Below are positions 22,701-33,130 of a DNA stretch of 64,000 bases, piece after piece. A program made the translations under genes and the position numbers. Location of the stretch: NCBI RefSeq assembly GCF_021869535.1, contig NW_026262690.1, forward strand, positions 94,550,001 through 94,614,000, written 5' to 3'. The stretch is from Mytilus californianus (lineage: Eukaryota). The notes under the pieces were generated by a model. It was not told the origin of the DNA, ran no database searches, and saw only the letters and a list, made by a program, of their open reading frames with translations. Each line of letters starts with the position of its first letter. Within the stretch, counting starts at the first letter, position 1.

Positions 22701-25700
22701 TCTATAAATTGACAATGAGGGTCTTCTACCTGACTTGCTTTTTTATTCACATAAGGCTGACTTCATACAGGAACTTCTCAGGAAGAATGAAAGAAGTTAG
22801 TAGTATCCTTTAACTTCACTTTCCGCTATAAAGATGATGTTCTCTCACTAAATAATTCAAAATTGGGTGACTATGTTGAACGCATCTATCCCATCGAACT
22901 TAAGATAAAGAATACAACAGATACAGTTAAGTCTGCCTCATATCTTGACTTACATCTATAAATTGACAATGAGGGTCGGTTGAAAACAAAACTTTACGAC
23001 AAAAGACATGATTTCAGCTTTACAATTGTGAACTTTCATTTCTATGTAGCAACATTCCAGCAGCGCCTGCATACGGAGTATATGTCTCCCAGTTGAAACG
23101 ATATTCCAGGGCTTGTATTTCCTATCATGATTTCCTTAACAGAGGGTTGCTGCTCACAAGGAAGCTATTAAACCAAGAGTTTCAAGTGGTAAAGTTGAAA
23201 TCATCCATTCTTAAGTTTTACGGACGCCATTACGAGTTGGTTGACCGTTATGGAATGTCCGTTTCACAGATGATAGCGGATATGTTCCTAATATCGTAAC
23301 TACAACCCCGTCCCCTTTTCCCGAATGTGACCTACCGAATTAGACTTATTACCGTGTGTGTACTAACATGAGCAACACGACGGTGCCACATTTGGAGCAG
23401 GATCTGCTTACCCTTCCGGAGCACCTGAGATCACCCCCAGTTTTTTGTGGGGTTCGTGTTGCTCGACTAGTCTTTAGTTTTCTATGTTGTGTTGTGTGTA
23501 CTATTGTTTGTCTGTTAGTCTTTTTCTTTTTTAGCTATAACGTCCCTCTGGTATCTTTCGCCTCTCTTTTTCAAACTTTGTTTGAAATATTGAAACTTTC
23601 TATGTAAAAAAAAATGTGAGTTTCCTCTCAAAGATAAGAATATGAACTATATCAAAATGCAAATATGATAGTCGATTTATTTTGTTCAACTTATCGATGA
23701 ACTTGGTTCAATTCATGCAATTCGAACTATTTTCATTCCCAAAACTATGTCAGAACGAACCGGTACAACATTTCAATTAACATGAATGTGCATATTACAT
23801 TGTACTTTCATATTTCGAGGTAAATGGAAAATATTTAAATGCAATAATAGGTTATTTTTTAAAGTGAAGATTATTAATACTCGTGTCAAGTAGTGTCAAG
23901 TGGTATAAACTATCTCTTAAATTTGCCATTTGTTCCAATTAAATTTCATTTTTGGCTCCTTGAGTTTTAGATTTCGCATTCTATTGATTTAAATGTATAT
24001 CTGATTCAATTCCATTTTCAGACAATATATCAACAATCCATAATAGTACCGTTTATATGATAGAGTCCAGTCTCTTTGTCTAGAGTTACTCGTGATGCCC
24101 AGAAATCAGCTATACTGCTTATGACTTCTGCACCTCTTCCTGCAGTCATAAAATCTGTATCATTTGTCATTGTCAGATAGAAATAGAAAGCCTGCGATAT
24201 GTCTCCTGTAATATGATGTTCATAGTCTGCTGTTTCGGCTGATGGTGATGTCTCAAAACCTATAAAGAAATGCATTTTGGTTTAAAAAAAGATGTGTCCA
24301 TTGTAATGGTGAATTGCATGCCATGTCTCAAAGAGTATGATTTTTAAACGGTCAAAATCTGAATCTGAAACGGATTATCTATCAATTAAAAAGATCATAC
24401 AGAAAAATTTTAATGGAAATATAAGACAACATTGTAATGAATGGTTACAGAAGAATAACATACATGTCATTTTTTGTTTGATCTGCTCTTCAAGGCTTGT
24501 ATTTTTGATTTTCAAATACTTTGTCCTCGAGCATCACTGAGGATCGATACATTATTGATTTCATGTTTAAGATTCTCCATTAATATGTAGGTAAGCTGAA
24601 TAAAAACTGACAATGTTCTCTGAATTGTATAATTTACCTGTGTATGCACTTTCCCACGGATACATAGCACCTTTATATCCTTTTTGCTTCGCTAATTGTT
24701 TAGCAGAATCAAGAGTCCGAATTCTAGATTTCAACAACGTTTTACCGAAATCTGAGTGTAGTACTTGTATTGGAGGGTACATCCAAGTTTCTTGGTCCCA
24801 AAATACATGCCCTTGGTAATCCTTAAAATAGAATGTTGAAAGTCATTATTCGCTATCGTACAGCATTTTGTTTGAAAGACTTCAATTTAATTAATAAAAC
24901 ATATTCAACAAGGATACTTTGAGGCAATCTGACAGAACCCTATGCACGACTTCAAACTAGATTTCTTTTAAGAAAGTGAGAGGGAATAATGTTTTTCGTG
25001 CGTTTTTCATGATATTATGACCAGATTCTTTGATGCGTCATCGATAAAAATGCTCCATAATTATCAAACAAAACAATGCAAAATTGTATTCATTGCTTAC
25101 AAATCATCTAGTACGTCTCGTTGTTAGTTTCACAAAAAAAACACGTTAGTACCAAAACTTATGAAATTGAAGTGACTTAGTTTCATGTAACATTAAGTTA
25201 CCATTAAAAGTTGATTGTCTAATAACAGATCAGCACATGTTGTTCCATGCGTCTTCCTTTCTCAAAGTAAGATAAAAACGAGTTGCTATTCTCATAATTG
25301 TCAAACATGTGTTCGGTCCGATCTCACTTGGAGCATTTGAAAATCAATGGTTGCACATCTTGTATTCACCAAATCTTGTCTCAAAAAAAGTAGCAGGTCA
25401 ATAACTAAATATGTTTATTGTGTTGTAACCTTAAAGTCTGATTAATTACTCCGTAACAAAATTAATATAGGAAGCTCAATGATATCTTGAACTAAAAATA
25501 CTTGCATTATCTTGAACTTATAACAATTGCCTTATCTTAAACTAATAATACTTGCCTTATAATATGACCCATGGGCAAGATCTCCTGGTGAAAGGCCGAC
25601 AAAGGACAAGTCACTATCATTAGTAATTGGGATAGAACTTATAATATAGTAGTATGCAGCATAAGTAACTTTGGCAGTCTCTGGGTCACCAATTATGTCT

Positions 25701-28700
25701 ACTCTACCATTGGCCCAAATATTTCTCCAAGCTTTAATATGTTGGTCTTCCAGTACATCATGGAAGTATTCAGACACACCTGGAAATGTTTAAGGCAAAG
25801 GAAGTCAAAATGAAGAAGTGATCGGAAACCGTCTTTAACAGCGAGAAAAATGTAATAAATAAAATGAATAAATTTCAGAGAACAATATTAACGAGTAAGA
25901 TATTAATTAACAGACAAATATTTACATAAATTTATATACCGTGTATAAAAGACCGTGAATCATTTACAGATCATCTCCGGTTTTAGTGGGGTTCGTGTCG
26001 CTTAGTCTTTAGTTTTTATGTTGTGTTGTGTATACTGTACACGTTGTTTGTCTTTTCGTCGTTTTTCGTTGTTTTTTCCCATGCATAGTCAGTTTATTTT
26101 CGACTTATGAGTTTGTATATCTCTTTGGTGTCTTCCGCCTCGCTTTAACAGAATAATGATGAAGACCAACTGAAATCGACACTACAAAAGTTTATTATTA
26201 CCATAACGAATTGGTATACCGATAGGATATATATCTGTAACTTACTAGAAACATGTTTTAGTAGTCTAAGATATTTAGATACCAAGATAGCCGTCTCATT
26301 TGTAATTTTACCGAATGTGACACTGAGTAGTGATTCATATGGCGGGTGCTGCTAATACCATGAGACGCTTTCCCTGTTGACACACCCGGTCTCGCTCCTT
26401 TTGGAGTTCATGCGATTCCCTAAGTTTTTGTTTGTTACCTTGATTTGTTTTCTTTTATCGATTTATGAACTTTGAACTTTGGCAAGCTACTGTTGCCTTT
26501 ATTCATACATTCAAGCACTTATTTACAAAAATTACCTTTATTGAACGCGTTCAGTGCTGAACCCTTTTCAGTGTCGATGGATGTCAAAAATAGATAAGAA
26601 GACTTTTGTCCTTTTTTGACAACAACCGTTCCATTTGGGGGTAGTTCTGTAGATATCATGTACATTTGCAACCCACCCACTGACCCATCTTCCAAAACTT
26701 TTGTTTTACCATAGGTGTGTCTAGAAAAGAAAATATCTTAAATTACAAAAACACGTAGTTCTATACATTATGTATCAGCACTTTACTTAAGGTCTTTGAG
26801 CTTCTTTTCGGTAGTTTAGCTTTTTATACAGTATTTTCTAAAATAGTTTTACTCTACAAAGATTTTGACATTTACGACGGATCTAGATTATTCTATAGAT
26901 TATTGACAACTTTAGGTGGACATTGTATCTCATTGAGTAGTCAAGACATCCACATATATTTTGGTGAAGACCTTATGTTGACCTTACGTGTTTATCCCGT
27001 TATTTTTTTTTAAAGCTATTGGGTTACATTAACCTAAGGATTAGAACCACAGACAGTAAGTTGACATTTAAGTATTATGAGCAAACGAAGTTATATTGCA
27101 GGTAAACAAAACTAGTCAAATACATAAATAAATGGTTTTCAAAATGTACATTCAATGAAAACTGAATACATGTACCACGAAAGGATTAATGTAAAAATAC
27201 CTGACACCACTCTCAATATGATTCCGCAAGGTAATGTCTTCAGAGTCATTGCCATAGTTCATCTCAAGGTCAACTTTGAAATCGCCAAGACAACAATTCT
27301 CAACTGTCATCTCTGTTACCATGAGCTGGTTTATAGATCTATGAGCATATTGTTTTATTTCAATGTTAAAACCTGGACCTGAACGAACTTCTATGAAGAT
27401 TCCTATCAAAGAAGCAAAATTGTACTTGTAATATGTGCGTGTTTAAAGACAAAAAGAAATTGATTTTAGTCTCAGAGTGACGTTATGCATTGTTTATTAC
27501 AGCGAGATAAACTAAAAGCTAGTTTATATAAGGGTCATTTTAGGTATAAACGGTATCTTTAAAAGAAGCACATATGAAGTAAAAAGAATAACTCCCCTAC
27601 CAAACCTTTCTATACAGTCAACAGTATTTAAAAGGCGGCAACAATATTTAAATATAGCATAACGGCCTTGAAACAAGATAAAAATCCTCTTAAAAGTAAA
27701 GAAGGAATCCTGCAAGTTTTTCTTCAGTTTTTCTTGTCAAAAGATTATGGTCCATCTAAGAAACCTTTCACTTAAAGACATTTTCTGCCGTCAATGACTA
27801 TAACAAGACTTCTTAAGGTTTTATCCGCTAATTATGAAGTTGTAACATGAGGTCCATATGCATACCGGTATAGCCTTTCATTTCCAATTTACAACGTTTA
27901 CCTCTCTAATAATTTGTGAAAAAATATTAAAGAACGGTGATTATTTTTCTATGATACGCACCTTTTTCTATATCCAATGAGTAAGACGATTTTGTAATGC
28001 GGGTGGTAGTGGATACAACTTCAATCGCACATGTTGATGGTATCCTTGCTCGGTGACTAAATACACGTAACCCATTGTAGAGACCATTCATATAGATCGT
28101 ATCTGTATAGACAACTGTGGCAATATGGCCGTTACCAAGTGTTGGTCGAGTTCTGTCATTCTCAGGAAATCTGTTCATAGATAAAATATTGAATTGGAGA
28201 AGTACCGATAAGACAATTTAAAAACCATGAGTCGAAGAGAAAAGGCATTACCATGGATACAAGTAAAAAGACGAAAAGACAAACAACAGTCCACAAAACC
28301 CTACACAGATAACTTGCTTTGTATTAGATCCATCTTTCACAATCGAGACGAGCACGCTACCACGATGATACTACTGTTATTAGAATTAATAATGAAAATT
28401 ATAATGCAGAAATTATAAAAGGAAAAGTTTTATTTAGTCTTTAAACTACAAATATTACGCGAATTTTTGTTCATCCAAAAGAAAATTAGACGCAACAAAA
28501 TATAAGTATAACCTTTATCAAAAAAAAAAAAAAAATAGAAGATGATTCCTAAACTTGCTCTTCATAAACAGTGTAACCATGGAAAACGTTGTGTGAATTT
28601 CTGCAAGGGGATCATACTTCCAAAATATATGTCTATGAGTAGTATGAAATAAAACTTACAAAGAAGTTGAAAACACGGTAAGGCTTTCATCCATCAACCG

Positions 28701-29072
28701 CCGAGGTTTAGTGAGATCTGTATATATGCTATGATGTTCATTAGCATGATTTAACCAGATCTTTTCATTAGGAACTGGAAACGTGGGTCTTTGTAAAATT
28801 CTCGTAGGAACTACTTTAGTTGTTCTAAAGCTGACGGCAACCCTACTGTGAAAGACTGCTATGGCAATTGTAGCGATGAGAATGAATATCACGCTCTCCT
28901 TAAACGAAAGAATACAAGAATAGAATATATAACACAAAAGTATGAGTATAAACAAAAGGAAAAGTATGTATTTTTTATGAAAAAAAGTATTTCCTCGATG
29001 TTTAAACTTAAAAAAAAAAACGTTTACTAGAATTTCTCTATGTTTATAGTTGAAGGTTTCCTTGTAACTCAT
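19755..29072 (-). CDS. PGGHG: Protein-glucosylgalactosylhydroxylysine glucosidase (GH65, acid trehalase-like 1), about 758 aa; exons 29072-29028 (tentative), 28898-28660, 28170-27962, 27402-27201, 26720-26536, 25779-25556, 24821-24638, 24259-24050, 22050-21850, 21528-21428, 20846-20721, 20105-19755
   Basis: Eleven exons join in consistent phase. Motifs match human PGGHG from memory: GLYNG..SHRARIPS, GLSPGDL, YQGHVFWDQETWMYP, GYKGAMYPWESA, EHHITGDI, GVMPPDEYH, VKQADVILLGFP, GPAMTWGMFAIGWL and TWSEN..GAHNFITGMGGYLQ. The three catalytic carboxylates (WDQ, PDEY, WSEN) are intact. The first exon is uncertain. Confidence 0.92.
22281..23571 (+). mobile_element. 5'-truncated Penelope-like (Naiad-type) RT element, family 1, with an internal duplication; antisense in a PGGHG intron
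   Basis: Decayed frame LIDNIFVTFGG..QQTIGIPMGTNCAPLLA.LFLYSYE..FRYIDD..YLDL..KLYDKR.DFSF..AYGVY.SQL. The ORF ends at 23299 without a GIY-YIG domain and is followed by a 3' UTR with a T-rich tail. About 245 bp are duplicated (22476-22723 and 22724-22975). Confidence 0.85.
25970..26145 (+). mobile_element. 3' tail of PLE family 1
   Basis: GATCATCTCCGGTTTTAGTGGGGTTCGTGTCGCTTAGTCTTTAG... is homologous to 23428-23571 and 53000-53175. Confidence 0.7.
26148..26510 (+). mobile_element. 3' end of PLE family 3 (RT C-terminus plus 3' UTR)
   Basis: Decayed QLKSTLQKF..HNELVYRY aligns with family 1 KLKSSLRKFYGRHHELVDRY, followed by the GAGACGCTTTCCCTG tail. Confidence 0.65.
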
Positions 29073-29344
29073 TTCTTCCCATTTATTTCCTTGGGGATCA
29101 CTGAGCTGTTTCAAATCTGACTTTTAGACCCTTTGGAAATTGACCACTGGTCTAATTTCTCATCTCCTGAAGTCATTAAATTTAATACATCTACACGTAT
29201 GTCCGTCTCCAACATCATTCAGATCCCTTTTCACACCTGCTGCGAGATGAACTGTCGATTTATTCGAACAAATCTTGTTCCGGTTGGTTAACGGAGTGCC
29301 AATGTCCATGATCCTTGTTCTATCTACATAAAGTGTCGTCAAAA

Positions 29345-29352
29345 GGGCGTGG
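29345..29352. promoter_or_regulatory. Sp/KLF GC box upstream of PGGHG
   Basis: GGGCGTGG lies about 270 nt upstream of the tentative ATG in an otherwise AT-rich region. Confidence 0.3.
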
Positions 29353-32239
29353 AGCTTAAGTTCATTTCGCTGAGTATATGACTCTAAAGGGTCAAATTAC
29401 GTCTATTATTATTACAGTAATAAAAAAATTGAATATTCTATAATCTTTTGTCAGCAGCAAACTCATTTATATGTTGTAAATGCAGTATACGTCTATTTCG
29501 ATGTTTTAATAGTATGTAATTTAGTCAGATAGTTGTATACCATCTTGAAGTCAAGACGTTCTCTGAATCCATATTCTATTGGAACTTGCGTATACAACTG
29601 TGGTGTAGCTTACCTACACAGATTATATGAATGTACAATTATGCTCCATCACAATAGGTTAATTTGTGCGATGACCCCTAATGCTTACATTTACGTCATT
29701 TTATCTATTACCACATCTCATTATTTTTATATTTTAACTTAATCAACTAAAATTGACCTTAGAATACTTTTGCAGTCATGTCTATTTTGTAGTTACACAT
29801 CGCTGGTTTTTCAAACTTTTACCAATCGGAGCGATAATTATGATGGTTGATCCAGAGTAGCGAATCGAATCGAAGGTAGCAAAATATTTTTTTAACATAC
29901 GAACATAAAACCGTTGGAATATAGAAATATAAATATAGAATGCAAGTTTCACATCAGGCAAAAAAACCCTTGCTTAAGTGGGGCGTCCGTTTGGGATTAT
30001 GGGTTGTATAAATACACAGTCACGTATGGTCGGAATAGAAACGTTTTGAAATCTTATTGATTGATTGATTGTTGCTTGTTTAACGTCCAGTGATTATTAT
30101 TTTATGCATATCAGGACGATAAACCAATAGCTATAATACAACAGGTCGGGTCTTCATGGTGGGACGACAGGGATGCAGGACGGGAAATTTGGATGCCACA
30201 GAAAAACAATAGTACCATGGATAGGGATGGAAATTTTGACGCGCATTAGGTCACGTTAACGTGCAGAGTTCGTGGCTCTCTCTGTTAATTCAATGAGTAA
30301 AGAAAACAAATTTGATTTTATATTTTCTTGTGAAGAATGTGATATTTTACTTATCATTGTTAACAATATAAGTGAAATGTATAATGAGAGAAACAATTAT
30401 AATGTCAGTATATGATCTGTGTGTGATTGGTGGCTTAACTTATAATGTTATATATAATCATAATATTTGAATTGATAATTTTATAGAGGAGGCATGCTGT
30501 CAAAAATAGTATAATACTTAATATTAATAATCTTTATTTTTTTTTTTTCAATGCTACATGTTTGTATTGTTTAATGTCTATCGTTTTGTCATTAATATGC
30601 CTGTCTGTCTGTCTGTTTGTTTGTTTTGTTTTGGTTTTGTATTGGTTGTTTATTTAGTAACAATCCTATTGTTTGGATTTTAAACTAATAAAATTCTTAT
30701 TCTTATTCTTATTATTCTCTGTTCTCGAGGCATCTTTAATGTCCTGATTCTGACAGGACGTGACTGCGAATTTATTCATCAGACATAGCCAAATGGATGC
30801 CCCATTTTGGCAAGGGTTTCGTGTCGGTCGGGAAAAGACCAAGGTGACCATATGTCTATACCACTGTCAATCTTTGGGTGCTCAGTGTGTAAGTCTTCGC
30901 TACGAATTCAAGGTGATGCACTGTTCCTATATGTTTTGCTTTTTTGTCAAGGGTGTGTGGGGTTTTGATTTTATGTTATGAGCTAATGCACCATATTCAT
31001 CTTTTTCCACTTGATACTCTTCAATCAATACAGAATTACACACTATCGGTCATTTTATAGAATGTTTGTATAAATATCTCAGATACTAAGAAAATTTTAG
31101 AGTAAACATTTGAGGATACTTAAGATAGTATCATATCGACAGAAGACTTACAACCCTTTCAAATTAGAACTCCAAATAGTTAAACAACAATCCAGCCATC
31201 ATATTACAATGTAGATCCGATGACGAATCTACTATAGATCTGAATAACATAAAAAAAATCATAAAGATCTCGGAAATTAATAATTTTATAAGTGTTGGGG
31301 GATTGCTCTCAATGTTAAATTAATTTGATGTATAGTAATGTTGGCCTCGAGTACTTCGACATAATCACCTTTTATTACTTTTTATTAGACTTAATCTAGT
31401 TCTTATTTCAGATATAAAAAAAAACACATGCACACCAACCGGTAAAGTTAAAGTTTCGTGCTCAAGATCAGCTTTAAACAGAATTAGGAAAAATTAGTCC
31501 GCGTTTAAAAATATCATTTTGTGATTTAAAAAATAACTATTTATCAATCTGAGATTGTACTAGATGGTCTTTTATTGACATTAGGGTTTGGTGTTTTTTT
31601 TTTTATTTCAATGCTCTTTAACTTCGTGATTGATTTCGCATTCCGACTGTTTTGATTTGAAAACGAGTAATTACTCTTATATATACGAAACGCGCGCCTC
31701 GCGTACTAAATCACAAGGCTGGTATCCTTGATGACATTTTTCTATTGTCACAAGTAAAATCGAGCTCAACATTACTTCTGTCAAAACAGTAACGGCCAAT
31801 AACAAGAGGCACTTAAGAGTCAATTTTTACCTTTGCAATCGGTTATGTTATTTTCGTATATTTTGTATTGCTGATAAGTTTTCAGTGCACAGTTTGCACT
31901 TATATATTATAGTTGTAAAAAATCGTCATTTAAGGACAAAAAATCCTTAAGGAATCATCCAATAGTTTCAGCCATATTGACATTTTTATAGATCTTGTAA
32001 TGCTTATCATTTTTGCCATAAACAGTTTCGACCTATCTAATATAACCATAGAATTAATAGGCAAAAATATGAAAATTAGCAAAAAATCCTCATTTTAAAG
32101 CGTTTACTTCTAAATGAGTCATTTTATAATTTTGGTGCAAACAGGAAGAAGGTAGATTTTGACATTTTGAGCTTTTTTGTTTCTGTCAGATATTCTCTAT
32201 CGATTATAGATTTCGAGATATAAAACAATTAATGCATTT

Positions 32240-32460
32240 TACTCTTATGTTCTGTTTTGAGCTATTGCAGCCATGTTTGTTCATTGACCGGGGGAAAATA
32301 TAAACTTTGTACTTTGTACCCTAAGAATCATTTACCTAAGTTTGGTTGAAAAATTAGCTCGGTAGTTTCAAAAAAAAGATCTTTGAAAAGGTGTACGACG
32401 ACGGACACCAGGTGATGGCAATAGCTAACACGGCCTTATATGGGCCTGCATAGCTTAATT
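32240..32460 (+). mobile_element. 3' end of a pearl/CvA-like (Helentron-associated) element
   Basis: GACGACGGACACCAGGTGATGGCAATAGCTAACACGGCC-TTATATG-GGCCTGCATAGCTTAA: a GACG tract, a subTIR-like TAGCT and a terminal palindrome. Confidence 0.45.
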
Positions 32461-33050
32461 TTAGTTCAATATAAAGTAAGGAGATGTAGTATGATTGCTA
32501 ATTTGTCAAGAATGCATCAGAGCCAAATTATTATGTGGATGTAAGAAACTATAGGTCACCGTACAGCCTTCAGCAATGAGTTAAACCCATACCGTATAGT
32601 AAGCCCCATTATGTTAAAGGTTCCAAAATGCGAAACAACCCAAATTGGAAAACCAATATGACAGAACAATTAAAGAAAAACAAACACAACAGACAACGAC
32701 AACCGCAGAGTCCCGATCTGGGACAAGAGGTACACAAAGAACGCGACATATGGCCGTTATTTTGGAAATAAAGTAGAAAAGTGCAAACACCTAATGATTT
32801 GTAACACTATACTTAACATTCAATGGTATTTTCAAGCGTATGATAGTATTGATCAAAAGTTCATAAAAAAGTGATTGGCTTCAGTTATGTAACATCATGT
32901 CAGTCTGCATATGACCGTGATTACCCGGGAAATGCAAAATCATCACTTTTAAGTTAATCATACGATACATAACACAGAAAACTGTGTATTGACTTCTGAA
33001 ATAAAATCATGGGGTATGCATGTGTCTTATAACGTTTCATAAGACGTTTA

Positions 33051-33090
33051 GAGATAAGATAAGAGGGATACCCGGGTCATATATAAAGAA
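33051..33090 (+). promoter_or_regulatory. EPDR-B promoter: GAGATAAGATAAG, GGGTCA, TATATAAA
   Basis: Tandem GATA motifs at 33051-63, GGGTCA at 33074-79 and a TATA box at 33080-87, 44 nt before the ATG. The same module lies upstream of EPDR-C. Confidence 0.6.
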
Positions 33091-33130
33091 GAATCCAGGT
33101 TGACCGAGTTTGTACAAATCCATCGCCATC

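Noticed and set aside
29160-29342. 60-aa ORF as an upstream PGGHG coding exon
   Set aside because: Same frame as the downstream ORF but separated by two stops, with no suitable donor; more likely 5' UTR or promoter.
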